Shown one piece after another: positions 25,478 through 45,141 of a stretch of DNA of 64,000 bases. The stretch is from positions 3,975,404 through 4,039,403 of the forward strand of contig CAJFCJ010000007.1 in the NCBI GenBank assembly GCA_904063045.1, given 5' to 3'. The DNA comes from Dimorphilus gyrociliatus. Lineage: Eukaryota > Animalia > Annelida. A program made the position numbers and the translations under genes. Under the pieces are notes generated by a model, which saw only the letters and a list, made by a program, of their open reading frames with translations, was not told the origin of the DNA and searched no databases. Every line of letters starts with the position of its first letter. Positions within the stretch are counted from its first letter, which is position 1.

Positions 25478-27716
25478 ATGTTCGACGCTGACGAAGGAGA
25501 ATCAATATGCATCATAGATCTTTTACCAACACTGGAGTCTATAACTGTATTGATAGGAATAGCTTCAACTGTCATTACTCATACTCTACTTTCTTCATCA
25601 GCCATAGGTAAAGCTGTTGAAAATAGTTTAAAACTTTTATACTGTATAATTGTATTACAGGTTTTATTTATTACTATTTTCAGGCGCTGTTCTAGTTATA
25701 TCCGTTTTTACAATCATATTAGATTTAATACCTGGTTTTTACGATTTTGAGGCTTTGGGTAAAGTATACAGGTATAAAGTAAAATCTACGTCTTCTATCG
25801 GCAAATAACTTAACATCTCTTTATAGGCCTGGAACAACTACATGTTTCTATTGTGGACTTTTGGTACCAGTAGCAGAGCTCTTGACAAGGCACTCAGCCG
25901 GTAACAACGAATGCTTTGGAAGAACAGTAAGCTACATTTATTATTTTCTTAAAATATATTAGTATTAAAATTACAATACGTTTAATCTTGCTTAAGGTGG
26001 CTTTTTGTGGATGTGTACTAATCGTTTTATTAGTACGAAATTTGACATTGGCGGCAGACACTTTACAACCGGATGATGGATTTACAAGCAAATTCTCTCA
26101 TAGCTTTTTTATATCAATTGCGTTTGCTTTATTATTATCAATAATTTCTTATTTTGTATGGAATATAGGTAAATATCGGACACGTTTTTTATGAATCTTA
26201 TATACTCAATTCTTTATGTTTCAAAATTACTCCTTCAAAAATAGCTGTCTATCAATGGTTAACTCAGTGTTTTGGCTTATTTTTATACATTCTTTTGGAT
26301 ACATTCCTTCCGTTTATCTTTCCTCGCTCCTTTTCCTTAGGAGAATGTGCTATTGTATCACAGACAGTAATCATTTTCATTATTAGTCTTCTGTGCCATA
26401 CAAATGCTTTTAACAATGATCAAAATAACTCGACCGAAACTGCTAAAATAATGTTATATGATGAAAAATATTTTTCAGACAGTGTTATTGTGTTTTCACA
26501 GGTTTTTATTCGCCTTTTTTTTCTTTGCTAATAAACCAACTACTAAACCTTTTTTGTCTCCAACAGATTGCTTTCATTTCCTGTCTCCTATTTCTAACTC
26601 TGTTATTAATATTGAAACGTTTAAGAAATCCAACTTGGTTTTATCTTACATTAGGCGGGATAATTTGTTGTTTTTCAATACCCAGTATTGTTGTTTTAAC
26701 GTCTTTGGATCCACTCACTTGGATGATCAAATTTATACTTTTAAAACCGTCAAGAGTCAGTTTGTTATTGTCTTTTTTTCCTAAATAATAATTAGTTTTA
26801 CAACTGATCCAGATTTATCTCTTTCTCCATTGCTCTATTTGTACATCTATTTGTTTCGTCGTCATTATTAAGTACAACGGACAGCAGGGTTTTTATGGAT
26901 TGGAGAAGAAAAATTCTTATAACCCCAACTATAGAGCAAAAATATCAACTAGAATTAGGAAAATATTTCATTTGATTGCGATTGCCATCTATTTGCCAGC
27001 AATATGGATTGATCCTGAATTTTTAGTTCTTGCCGCAAACTGCGCCCTTATCGGATTTTTGATAATAGAAGTTTGTTGAATATTTATAAAGTAATTAATT
27101 TTGCAAATAAATTGTTTTTTATTTCAGTCTGTAAGATCGTTGAAAATTCAACCTTTTGGGTCTTGGTTACGAGAATACTTAGAAATATTTATTGACGAGA
27201 AAGATCAAGGAAACATTATATTAACTCATATTTATTTACTTGTTGGTTTTACTTGTCCTCTTTGGTTGTATGGAAGCAGCTTTGAGAGTAAAAAAAATTT
27301 ATCCAATAACGCAGCAACGCTTTAATTAAACTTGTCTAAATTTATCTATATAGAGATTCCACCAGCTGTCCTAAGCGGGGTTCTTTCTCTTGGTATTGGC
27401 GATACGGCTGCTGCTGTGGTTGGTTCTAAATATGGTGTAAGAAAATGGCCAGGGTCAAATAAGTCTTTGGAAGGAACTACTGCAGCAATACTCTTTCAAA
27501 TTATCGCTATCATGATACTTAAACTGACAGGTAAACGTTTATTGCCTTCGTTCTGTTAAGTTATTTATGACCTTGATGCTTTTTTTAGGAATCATGCAAC
27601 AAATTTCAGTTTTTCGACTATTCACGGCTATTGTTATGACATCGTTTCTTGAGGCATTTACGGCTCAAATAGACAATATAGTGTTGCCGTTGTATATGTA
27701 TGTGTTATTGATATAG
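25478..27716 (+). CDS. DOLK: Dolichol kinase
   Basis: Multi-exon polytopic membrane protein with RKIFHLI, DEKDQGNIILTHIYLLVG, GIGDTAAAVVGSKYGVRKWPGSNKSLEGT and terminal EAFTAQIDNIVLPLY. The 5' exons are less certain. Confidence 0.92.
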
Positions 27717-28135
27717 ATTTGTTGATGTTCCGTTTAAGATACAGTCTAGTCTTAATTTGTTGTCCAAATTTGCACTATTTCTTGAAATAAAGCAATATCA
27801 GCTATTTCTAAAAGTACAATAAACAAGAATGTCATAGGCTCGTCCTTGTTTTTTTGAGTAATTTCAGTTGACACAACCCATTTGGATTTATCCAAATTAG
27901 CAAACTTGCAAAAATCGTATGTTAGAAGAAGAATAAAATTAAAGTAATCTTTCGAAATAACTCATGTAAAATTGAAGAAGGTAAAAACAGAGAAGGTAGG
28001 AAATGGATAAAATTTACAAGTTACTTATCAATTATTACAAAATAAAATTAAAATTGAAGTTAAAATGATCTTTATTCCTATGAGAATGATGACATCATGA
28101 CAAGGATTACAAATAAGTTAGTTCAAATCTTCAGC

Positions 28136-29098
28136 TCATAAATTCAGGGATTTGCGAACACTTTTCTTAGCTCTCTCTTCAAATAACTTTCTATCGTCCC
28201 TCCAACATTTAGCAGCATCTACATTTGCTGCACTTTCATCATTTGGTTCTTAAATTACAAATAGTTTCATTAAAAGTAAGATTAAAGAGACAATCTGAAC
28301 CAACCTGCCAACATACTGACAACGGATAATAGAATCTTTTCAACACTTTGTACGGGACTCCATCTTTCAGCTGATGATTCGTACCCAAGAGGATCGTCAC
28401 CGGGAGCATGCAGAATCGATATACAAACACGTCCGTCGGGATAAACTGTAATTGACATGAGCGATAAATAGAGTAAATCTAAAAAATAATCAGATTTTTT
28501 TCCTAAAGGTTAACTTGAACAATTTAAAAAAAAAAATTCGATTAGTTACAATAGAAACCTAAAAGTCAATGAACTCTTAGATTTTACCACAGCTAAAAGC
28601 TACGAATTTCAAAGGTTCCCAATTTACAATTTAAACATGTGACAGAAAAGATTTGAATTTTTGGTTGAGAAAAAGTACTGCTGTGCTATAATTTTTCAAA
28701 GAGGGAAATTACTGTTTGGATGGAATAGGTCGCAGGTAAATCGCATTTGTGGGGGTGAAAGTGGATAGTCGTTAGGAAAGGTAAGTTTGGCCGGAAACAC
28801 TCCTCCTTCAAAACAGGTGCCTTCCGGTCCCCTGCCAAAAAGAAAGGTTTCGTTTTAACCAATACAGCTGAGTGTATGAAAGATATATACTTACATTATC
28901 AGAGCTTCCCATTCAAAGTAATTTTCTTCATCTTGAGGACCAGCCACAATTCCTTCTGGCGGATTCAACGTTAATTCTGTGTAACGGCAAATATTATGAT
29001 TTTAAAGAACCGTGCGAAGTTGTAAACCTTATCACAAATTTATTTGGCAACTTACGCTTATATTCAGCCATTAAACGCTTAACCGCAGCTCCAGCCAT
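28136..29098 (-). CDS. UBE2G2: Ubiquitin-conjugating enzyme E2 G2 (Ubc7)
   Basis: [14 protein letters not shown]|[13 protein letters not shown]..|[16 protein letters not shown]|[41 protein letters not shown]..|[14 protein letters not shown]. Confidence 0.97.
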
Positions 29099-29768
29099 TT
29101 TCGATTATTTTCCTAGAGTTTTGATTGAAGAGAATTATCGAAAAAGGTATTGGGTTCACGCAAAATTTGTCGAAAAGTTTCGCGTGTCCAGCAATTTGAG
29201 TGACTTAGAGCAGACAAATGGCGGATATATATGTTACTGGTGTCGTCTGCTATTTTGTCGGCAAAAATGAGTAAATTCTGCAGGTATTTCAAGAAATTTT
29301 TGGTCAATCCTCAAAAATATTTGCATGACAATCGTTACCAAAAATTTTTATATAAATTTTTTAGCAAATGATATAACTGTTAAAGCTTAATAAGTGCAAA
29401 ATAAGGAAAAAATTCGCTTTTAAACATCTTTACTATTTAAAGAGTGGTCATAGTTGAAACCTACTTTATTGGTAATAGGTCAATTTCAAAATAAGATAAG
29501 AAAAGAAGATGTTCTATTTTAAATTAAACTGTTACACTGAATTATCGCCAGATGTGCAACAGGCGAACTTGTTTTAAAAAAAAGATATAATATTACATAG
29601 GCCTTATATTCATTGTAATCAAAATACATAACTTGAACAAGAGATAGTGATTGAGGTCTTTTTGTATTTATTGTTAAATAATATTTTAGATTTTTAAAAA
29701 CAAAAAAAAATTTGCTTTTGTTTGACGTAACGAACAAAATAGGTTTTATATTTTTTCCTAAGAATCTC

Positions 29769-32359
29769 CTATAGCCATTGTTCCTGAGGCATGATTGATA
29801 AATCAATAACTCTCCAAGCAGCCTTTGGATCAAGTATGGCTTGATCTCTACATAAAGCCCAAACGTGCATAACTCTCATAACTTTATCCTGTTAATTAAA
29901 GATTTAATTATAAATTCAGTTTTTGGAATAGTTTAATCATACTAGTTAAAAATATCTTACCGCATCTCCTTCAACAACAAATCCCTTTGCATCTCTTACA
30001 GTAAGTATCTGTTGAGCGTAGAATGTAACAACTAAAACGGGGCCTTGTTCCATCATCTTACCAGCAGCTATCTGTTATTTTTTTAATATATTAGGTAATT
30101 ACTAATAGTATTAATAATAATAGTAAACCTACGTCAACTTGTCCGATGTCCAATACTTTGTTATCCATAGTGTAACCCTTCTTTTTAGCTTCTTTCAGTG
30201 GATGAGCAATTGTATTGAAAACTCCTTCGTGACACCAATCTTCTAGAACTTTTAAATCTCCTCTAACAATAGCTTCCAAAACATTTGGAATTATATCTCT
30301 TTCGCAGTCTCTTAAAAATTGAATTTGATCAAAATTCGGATCCATTTTAGTGATTTCGGTTAAAACTTCAGACATCTCAGTTTTGGAGAATACATTACCT
30401 AAACAGAACATTAATAATTTCATATAAGTTAAAATTAGTAGGAAGACATAAATAAATATATATATATACCAAATAAATCCGACATTTTGTCTGTAATGGA
30501 TCTAGTTGCTCTTACGAAAACGTTGTCACTTTCATCATATTTCGTTTTAATATCGAACATTTCTATACGAAACGATTAGCAAGTTAAATATATTAATAGA
30601 ATTAATTATAAAGATAATATTACTTGTCACAAATTGGTTATTGTCTTTAAAATTTTGCCACGATTGAAAGAATTTCGAATCTCTATGCATTACAATACCA
30701 GTTGCATCTCTAAAGCAAAAATCTAATCATTTATTTAAAGGATGAAAGAATAATTATAAAAACTTTACTCGTTAACATCAATAACTTTTCTTGTTGAATT
30801 GAAATTTTCATCTGATCTCATTCTTAATGATTTTGGTACGCTATATAATCTACCTCTATCTAAAGTTGCGTCATTTAACTCGTCTTTAACAACTTTAACA
30901 CTCTGAAATTAAAAAGAGAATATTTGTCATAAAAATAAATTTAAAAATCCAGATAATAATAAAAATAATCTATAAATAAGTATGAACTCTGATTATAATA
31001 TGGATTTATGTACTTATACCAATTCAGTTGCGAGATTAATGAATCGTTTAATAACACTACTACGAGATTCTCAATCAAATTGCAATAGTGCAAGATGTTT
31101 CAATAGTAATGATTCATTACCGTTCACTTCGACTGATACTAATTCAGCTGTCCTGATTATTTTATGGACAATCCTTGTTTTTATTTTATTTTGGACGAGA
31201 CCCAATAGAGCTGGATTATTCGAAGTTTTTCGGAGCAATAAAGAAATAGTGGAGCCGCCTCTTCCACCTCCTACCATATAAGTTTTGTTAATGATAGTAC
31301 TTATTTAACCTGATAAGCATATGGATTCTATTTACTATAAAATAAATATTTTTTTTTTTGTAAAACTTATGGGAATGGTGTGTAATTAATAAACTGTTTT
31401 TGTAAAATGTAGTCTAGACTTTACCTCTGAAACACTTTTAAATAAGGTTGTTTGCCCTAGTTGTTCACCTCCTTTGGCTACACTATGTCCCAGTTTCGAA
31501 GCTGTACTTGCAACGCCTTTACTTAACTTAAAACTTTTTCTAACTGCATCAGTTCTTTCAATATCTTCAATGGTCTGTACGAATATAAATTATCCTATAT
31601 CTTTGAGGTATTTCTAAGAAGAAACTAACCTTTTTCGCCTTATCTTTTAAAAATTCTAACTTCTCTTTTAGTATCTCGGATCCTTTTGATGTTTCACTCT
31701 CAATGGCTTCCTGTTAAAAATTTAGCACGATATTTAGAGGCCAGATAATTATTAATAAGAGTTCACTTACATATTTTTCTCTAGCTCTTTTCAAAGCATC
31801 AGATTGCTCTAGTCTTTCAGCTTCTTCCCGGAACTTTTTAAGATTTTCCTTAAAACAGTTATATTCATATTATTTATTAATCTATTAATGATAAAATATT
31901 AACCGAACCTTCATTTCCTTGCTTTTTGAAAAGTCATTTTTAATATTTTCGACAAGTTGTCCTATAAATCCTTTATTAGAATATGTTCTATACTGCAACA
32001 TAGATTATTGTTAACTAATGAATAGAGTGATAGGCATACTCATAGCCGATTTAATTGTAATGAACTGTTTATATTTAAATCACCTAAACTTTAATCATCT
32101 CATCTAGAAAAAATATAATCATTATCTCAACTATAAAAAAAAATCTCACGCAATAACGTGACACGAATTAAAAGAACCAAACAAAAATTTGACTAAAGTA
32201 ACGATATTTCAAAACTTGGAGACAATTTTATTTAGTCAACAAAAGTACTCAATTAAAAATGAAATTAAAACCAAGTTTTGCAACTTTTTTTAAACGAACC
32301 TGAGAATTTCCTACATAATAGCTTGATCTGCGTAAAATGTGTTTGAAGGTCGCCATCAT
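29769..32359 (-). CDS. TIMM44: Mitochondrial import inner membrane translocase subunit Tim44
   Basis: Presequence-like exon 1 (MMATFKHILRRSS), EMSEVLTEITKMDPNFD..FLRDCERDIIPNVLEAIVRGDLKVLEDWC and C-terminal VWALCRDQ..PKAAWRVIDLS. Confidence 0.94.
30982..31281 (+). CDS. SMIM14: Small integral membrane protein 14-like (DUF2615), intronless, nested antisense in a TIMM44 intron
   Basis: RLITLLRDSQSNCNSARC matches recalled SMIM14 RLINLLRQSQSYCTDTEC. One TM helix followed by RP, a Pro-rich tail, and AATAAA downstream at ~31340. Confidence 0.85.
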   Translation: MNSDYNMDLCTYTNSVARLMNRLITLLRDSQSNCNSARCFNSNDSLPFTSTDTNSAVLIILWTILVFILFWTRPNRAGLFEVFRSNKEIVEPPLPPPTI

Positions 32360-32542
32360 TGACCTTACTTTATGAGAAATGACCGAGAAATCATATTATT
32401 TAAATAAAAACTCAGGCCATGGAAATCTTATTAAGTATAAAGAAAAAGAATGAACTTTACAAACAAACTTCCGTAACTTGTACAAAACTTTATTTTTATA
32501 TGACAACATTAAGCCATGAGCAAAGAATAAATGTTATAATAT

Positions 32543-33265
32543 TTATATATCAACGCCTTGTAAAAGCTTGTTATATACGTCTTCAGGAACAACATTAATC
32601 ATTTTCATCCCGGTAAGCAATTGGCGTTTTGCATTTCCAGCAAAGTTGTGTTTTAGAAAAGCTTTAAATCTCTTGTTAATATCTCCTTGTTCAAAAAGAC
32701 TAAGAGGTACTCTTATTAAGCCAAGCGTCTAAAAAGTATAAATAGTTACAAGTATTATGAATAAAAGAAGTTTATTAAGCAGTTTCTTACCTCGTTGCCC
32801 CATTCTTCAGCTTCGAGAACGGCTCTCTTCTCAATTTCGTAAAAGAGTTTTAATGGTATTTTCTTTCCATAAAAGTGAAGAACCAATTTATAATCGTGAA
32901 CAATGTGACATAGTAAAAAATTCTCTTTTTCAAACTTCACTTTATCTAAATCTAACGCTATTTCTTCTACACACTCTCTATTCAAACCATCAACTGGATT
33001 ATCATCTTCGGGATCAATTAGACCTGATGAAAAGTTTCAACACTTCACTCACAAACTGCATTGGTGTACGAAACTAAAAGTGATACAAACCACCAACAAA
33101 TCCTATACAACCGTCAAATCTCATTTGCATCATTATAACAGCGTTTCTTTTACAACCAAAGGTTGTGCCTGGGTCGTCAGCTGCAAGCATAGCATGTGCA
33201 GCATGTTTGTAATGTTTGTACTTCGAAAGGGCCTCTGTTTGGCTTATTTCTTCAAATTTTTCCAT
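32543..33265 (-). CDS. NUDT16: U8 snoRNA-decapping Nudix hydrolase
   Basis: HAAHAML..DPG..FG...AVIMMQMRFDGCIGFVGG|LID..DGLNRECVEEI (intact Nudix box) and E|TLGLIRVPL. Three exons. Confidence 0.92.
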
Positions 33266-33770
33266 CTCTCTTTGCAGCTACGACTGTTGCAAAGTATCTT
33301 ATAAAGGTTCTCTAAATAATGGTAAAAAAGTGACACGTTGATGATATTTCGGTTGATTTCGCAATATAAAGTCTTCGCAGAAGCAAGAGAAATTGTGACG
33401 TCACATCCGGGAAGTATATTTCTCTCTAAATATTCTACTATTAATTTGAAGAAACAAACGAATAATTCTGAACAGAATATGGTATATATTTCCTTTTTTA
33501 TGAGGTAACATAAATTATTGCCATTATGTAAGTATTATCGGCCAATAGATATTAAAACAGAGTTTTGTGCTCCATTATGTTTTTAAAGAGAAAGAAATAC
33601 AAACAAACTTTTGAGCATACAAATGACAAAAAAAGATAACAGTAAATTTGATCAAATCAAAATCAAGCATCTAAATCCTTCCTTCAATAGTAGTTTGAGA
33701 TAAAAGTATGTATAGGGTGCAGCATATAACTGATACACCATAAACGTAAGATTGTTAATCTTTGACAAAT

Positions 33771-35381
33771 CTAGATCTTTACTTCATGTTGGCATACAGG
33801 ACATTTGGCAAAACGCTGCAGAGAGCAGAATATTAATTTGAATTAAGGAGTTAAGTTTATTCAATTAAACAAACCTTAAGCCATTCATCTATACACTTAT
33901 TATGATACTTGTGCAGGCATGGTAATGTTTTTAATTTATGACCAGTTTTGTACTTTTCTAGGCAAATGACGCATGATGCCGATTGACTCTCTTCTTTTTG
34001 TGATTCTGTATCTGTTTCTTTTTCTAAAAAAATAACAATAATGGCTTTAATATAACAAATTAAATGCAATGCGTACTTTTTTCAGTGAAAGATGATGTAG
34101 GAAGAGCATCGAGAGCTTCCTTATTAAGACCTCGACTTTTAACATCTCCAACACGTTCAGCTAACTCCCACAGACTCTGGAAAGAATCTTAGATAAAGTA
34201 GATATTAATAAGGTACAGAATTTTACCTCGTAGTCATTTTCTGAGAAATCTCCTTGATTTATCATAACACCATACCTTTGTAAATTTCCAGGAACTGATG
34301 AGGTTCTCTGTAAATTAAATAATGGTATAGATATTTATTTGTATACTCTCCTGGTAAATTAATATGGAAAAAGTAGAATGTTAGGACTAAAGCAACATAC
34401 ATTAAAAATAATTACTTCTTCAGGTGGCGGATTAACCATAGCAAACTGGAAACTGTTTAATCCGTTGTTTCGGTTTACGTTATAAGGCGCAACTGCTAGC
34501 AATTATTGTGATGAATAGGAAATAAAACTGTTTATTCTAAAAACATACCTGTAAGGATGCTTCTACTACCCCGTCTAACCCCTGGATATCTATGTCCTTG
34601 AATATTCTATTACGAAAGAGTGCCAGATTTTAAATGATTTAATCTCATAATTAAAAAAGTATTACAAATATACGCACTCTCACAGTCGATATTCTTACTC
34701 TATCGTCTTCTTCTCCTTCTTCGCTTGGACCGGCTCCATTATCGACTTCCTGACTACTATCTAGTGAATTCTGTGAGTAGGTTTGAGCCTGTAGCAATTG
34801 AGCACTTTCCTCGTCGATCTCGGTCTGATGTGTAGTCAAAAAAAAATTATAGATTGCGCAGTGTAGTCTTTCTTGCTTTTTTTAGTCCATATTTACCTGT
34901 ATTCTCCTAGCCACCAGCGCGTCGTCGTTTCGAACATCATTGGATACAGATGGTCCAAAGGCACCAATCTCTTCTATATCATCTGAGGAATCAGTATCGT
35001 CCTGAGAGACTTGTAAAAGATTTGGCCCATATATATTCCTAGCATTCCTGTCGTCGTGAACACAGATAATTTCTGGACTATTGTTCAATTCATCATGTAG
35101 TTGCTGAGCTAAGCTGAGGTCGCATATCATTCTTCTTTCGTCCTCCTATATATAAAATAATATAGAGAGATATTCCTGGTAATTTTCATGCTTTGAGAAT
35201 AAAAAATTTGGAAATTAAGCCTACTAAAGATGAGTCAAGTGCTTAAAACCTATACAAACTTTCATAATATTCAGTGAATTAGATAGTTATTACTTGCCTC
35301 AATTTTCTTTGCCAACTCGTAATCAGACTGTATATTGTCTTTGCTCCTCTTGGATTCTTTTTTGTTCTTTTGGTCAGCCAT
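33771..35381 (-). CDS. C-terminal RING-H2 E3 ligase with several UIM-like helices
   Basis: CVICLEKY..LKTLPCLHKYHNKCIDEWLK|RFAKCPVC, preceded by DFSENDYE.LWELAERVG..SRGL. N-terminal helices SDYELAKKIE, CDLSLAQQLHDE and NDDALVARRIQ. Intron 1 is modelled as GC-AG. Confidence 0.8.
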
Positions 35382-35794
35382 TTGAGCGATAAAGTGTTCT
35401 GTTCTGGAACAGTGATAATTAAAAATTCCAAATAATAGTTAAATCTTGAATCTTCTATAATTTGAGGTTGTAAAAAGAGATCTCGAAGCAGTCCTCTTAG
35501 CCTCACCGTGACCAAACAATATGTGTGCGCTTGTAGTTTTTTATTTGTCCATTGAAAACCGGTTAGTATATTAAACTTACCGGTTACTGAAAAATCAATT
35601 TAATATGGCGGATAATTTAAAATTATTGTGATCATACGTTCGCGTTGTAAAAGCCTTGAGTATGGTAATGAAAAAGACTAGTTTAGTTTTATTATGTACT
35701 TTTATGAAATCTGTATTTAGACGAGATAAAAGAGAGGAAAATAAAGCTCATGTATAAAGAGTCGATTGTATTTTATACGCAGTATGATACTTCT

Positions 35795-41283
<5,489 letters not shown>

Positions 41284-41675
41284 TACTGCTTTTCTTACTC
41301 TTCTCTCAAGCTTCTTTTCAACTTATCGGCTTTTCAAGTCAACAATTTCTGACTGGAAACGGGAGCATAAATTTAATAGCCCAAACAGGTGTCGCTATAT
41401 ACTTCCGTCAAAAAATATTATGTAGCAAGAAAAATAATAAAAAACCGATAAAAGAGTTTATTTTTAAAGCAAATACGTTCAAAAGTTAAATTTTTTGAAA
41501 GGAAACGTATGATCAATTAAAAATTACTTTGTATTGTATTTGCTTTAATATCTTTCTTTTCATCAAAATATGATCATGTGATTATCATGTGACATTCTTG
41601 TTTATAGGCGGAAAGATATCGACATCTGAACAGATTGGAATTTTAGTGTAACTAATATTCAAAAAAACGTGAATA

Positions 41676-43714
41676 ATGAGACTGCTTTTTAGCATAGTTT
41701 TATTAAAACTTCTATACATTTCTATAACCTATTGCTCAAGACCAAATATTGTTCTTATATTAGCTGATGACTTGGTAGGAAAATTTGCTTTTAAACTCTA
41801 TGTTCATTAATAGCTTCATTTTTAAGGGTTGGAATGATGTAGGATTTCATGGGTCTCATGATATTCCAACTCCGAACTTAGATGCATTAGCCTACGATGG
41901 AATAATTTTAAATAATTATTACGTTCAACCAATTTGCACACCTACCAGATCATGTTTGATGAGTGGAAGATATCCAATTCACACTGGTAAATTCTATTTA
42001 TAATTTTTAACGAATATTAGATTCAAACAGATGCAAAATCAAACTTTTCTTAGGTATGCAGCATAGCGTTATATATAGTGCACAACCTTACGGTTTACCA
42101 CTTAACAATACTATCTTGCCAGAATATTTAAATACTATTGGATATGAATCGCATATTGTTGGAAAGGTATCATTTAAGCAATCAAAGAATAAATTACTAA
42201 AGAAATTAATATTATTATCATTTTAGTGGCATCTTGGGCACTATGCCAAAGATTATACACCTCTAAAACGTGGCTTTAAGTCTCATTATGGTTACTACAT
42301 GGGTATGGAGGACTACTATGAACACACACATACTGCGGGAGGTCCTACTAGCGTAAATATTAAAAATTGATAATTTGAATACCATATTTATACGTAAATT
42401 TGCCAATTTTACTTTAAGAATGGTGACTGGGGTTTTGATTTTAGAGATAACGAAAGAGTAGCAAAGGAATTGTGGGGAAACTATTCGACAGACATCTTTA
42501 CTAATAGAGCAATAGATATTATAGAAAAGCATGATAAAGAAAGAGTAAGTTGATTTTATCTTCTTCTTCTTCTTCTTCTTCTTAGTAATATATTTAACAA
42601 ACGTTAATTTGTATACTGTTTTCTTAATATTTATTACAGCCTCTATTCCTATATTTCGCTCATCAAGCTGTTCATAGCGCCAATAATCTAAATACAATTC
42701 AACCTCCTCCAAGGTTTTTGGATAAATTTGAGCATATTACTAATCCTCAGAGGAGAAAATTTGCTGGAGCGGCTGCAGCTTTAGATGAATCGGTTGGTAG
42801 ATTAATTGAATCGTTAAAGAAGCAAAATATGCTTGAAAATACTTTTATTGTATTTTCAACGGATAATGGTGGACCAGCAAATGGTTTTGATATGAACATG
42901 GCCTCAAATGAGCCTCTTCGAGGGGTTAAGGCAACTTTATGGGAAGGAGGAGTTAGAGGAACAGGATTTGTTTGGTCAAAACTACTTAAGAAATCTGGCT
43001 ATGTAAATAATGATTTAATGCACGTATCTGATATTTTACCAACTGTTCTAAGAGTTGCTGGTTACGATATGTTTAAAGTAGGTGTTACTTTTCATTTCAC
43101 TGAAACTTATTAGTTTGTAATGTATAATAATGACATTTAATAAATAGTTACCAAAGGACTTGGACGGTTTTGACCAATTGGATGTTTTAAACGGCGTAGA
43201 TCAAGGAGGAAGAACGGAAGTGTTATTAAATATTGATCCAATTCAAAAAACATCTGCATTTAGAATGAGAGATATGAAAGTTATATCAGGCGAATACGAT
43301 AGTGGTCAATGGGATGGCTGGTATAAAACTCCAAAGTTTAATAAAGAAGCAACAGTAAAAAGTTTACAAGAGGCTAATCAAATTGATTATACAACCGAAA
43401 TATTGAATAATTTAGGGAAAAGCTTAAAATATAGGAAACCAGTAAAAATAAAGTGCGGACCACCGCCGGAAAAGCGTAATTGCTTTCCTGGAAAACATCC
43501 GTGTCTTTTCAATGTAACAGAAGATCCTTGCGAATATAAAAATATTGCGTCAACTTATCCAAAAATTGTTGAGCAACTACAAAACAGATTGAATGAATAC
43601 AAAAGAAAAATGATTTGGCCACTAAATACTCAAGTGGATCCAAAAGGTTTGCCAAGTAATAATGGTGGAGTGTGGGGACCTTGGATCAATTTAACCAAGT
43701 CCAATATATTATAA
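41676..43714 (+). CDS. Arylsulfatase B/I/J-like secreted or lysosomal sulfatase
   Basis: Signal peptide [41 protein letters not shown], formylglycine motif CTPTR, and [24 protein letters not shown]. Confidence 0.93.
42559..42583. repeat. (TTC)n microsatellite in an arylsulfatase intron
   Basis: About eight TCT/TTC units are visible directly. Confidence 0.9.
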
Positions 43715-44013
43715 TATCAGCTTTCAATAACTTTGATTAGTAGTTTTGTTTATATTATTAATAAAGGCAATCAATGATGATTTATTTTATCATGTCTATT
43801 ATTATTCCTTTTATCTCTATGTATAGATGTTTTATTATATTAATTTATTTATGTATTCTTTATTTAATTGATAAAGTTAATTCATTATAACTAGGAAACT
43901 ATTTTTCTTTAAGAAGGGGTAAGCATATTTGAACATAGGTGTCGCTAAAAACACCCTTTTGCGACCTTGACAACGCTGGACGCCGTTTCAGGAAATTTAG
44001 CGAAAGGAATAAA

Positions 44014-45141
44014 ATGTATAAGAGAGAAAAGTCGTTAAATATTAAAGGATCAGCATCAGCTGTGTGTAATAATTTAAGTGTTAATGTTCAGCCTGATAAA
44101 GATCGTATTACTTATGCCGTTGTTCATAAAAGCGTTGTAAATATTACAACGTCTTCTGTAGACGGTAGGAATATTGCAGCCAGGCAAGTTGTTTGCAAAG
44201 AACAATCATCGACAGCATCGTGTATCATTATTCAAGCTAAAATTGTAACAGTCAGTATCTTTTACATTTGACGATACTGTTTAATTGATTATTTCTTGAG
44301 AGAACACTTTTTTAACTTTTATAAAATGGCGCAACAGGTAGCTGGAAGACAAATCTTAGTTGTAACTTCTCAAAAGGGAATCCATATGTACGAGTTGGAA
44401 GGTCTTCTACCAATATACGCGCATACTCTCCCAGAACCTGAACCAGCTTGTACATGCACTCTAGCCAAAGGAATAGCTGTTTTATTAAATAATGTTATTA
44501 CAATTGGAACGTATGAAGGACATGTAATGGTTTTAAGCATTCCAGGAAAAGGTAATAACATTCAGTTGGTGGAAACTCTTAGAAACCATTCTTTTCCGAT
44601 ATCGGCTCTTGATGGAATTGGAGATATCCTTGCCGTTGTGGACGAGAGAGGACAAATATCTACATGGAGAGCTGGTCAACCCTTTGAGAAGGTAAAATAG
44701 ACTTTTTCGCCAATAAACAATTATTTCTCTTCCTTCTTCTAGCTGCTCGTCGGAACTGTTGGTATAAATCCGAGTGATTGCGTCACCTCATTAGTTTTGT
44801 GCCCCAACGACTTAATAGCTTGCTCAACGACTTCGGGATGCATACGCTTTCTCTCCTTTCAAACGTGTTGTACCTTAGCCCATATTGACGCACATGCTCG
44901 TTGCATAACAAGTTTAAGCATCGCTCCCTCATCCGGCTTGATCCTCAGTACTTCAGAAGATTCAACTGTTAGAGTTTGGAAAGTAGCTAGATCTAAATCC
45001 GACTTAGATATCAAACTAGAATTTTCGGAACACATAAAAGATGCGCAACTCCAAGGAGGAGCTTTCCTAAGCCCAAATGGATACGCATTCGCGGCAAGCT
45101 ATTACGATAGTAGCGAGCTAGTATTTTTTACTTTTAAATAA
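44014..45141 (+). CDS. WDR54: WD repeat-containing protein 54
   Basis: MYKREKSLNIKGSASAVCNNLSV matches recalled WDR54 MFRWERSIPLRGSAAALCNNLSV. Also LVVTSQKGIHMYE and AHARCITSLSIAPSSGLILSTSEDSTVRVW. Confidence 0.9.

Noticed and set aside
33053-33055. AG|TTT|GTGAGT microexon-like motif in NUDT16 intron 1
   Set aside because: The flanking introns would be only ~35 and ~29 nt, and the Nudix register GGLID is already correct without it. It shows such motifs can arise by chance, which is why the SOWAH calls rely on intron sizes and alignment rescue.
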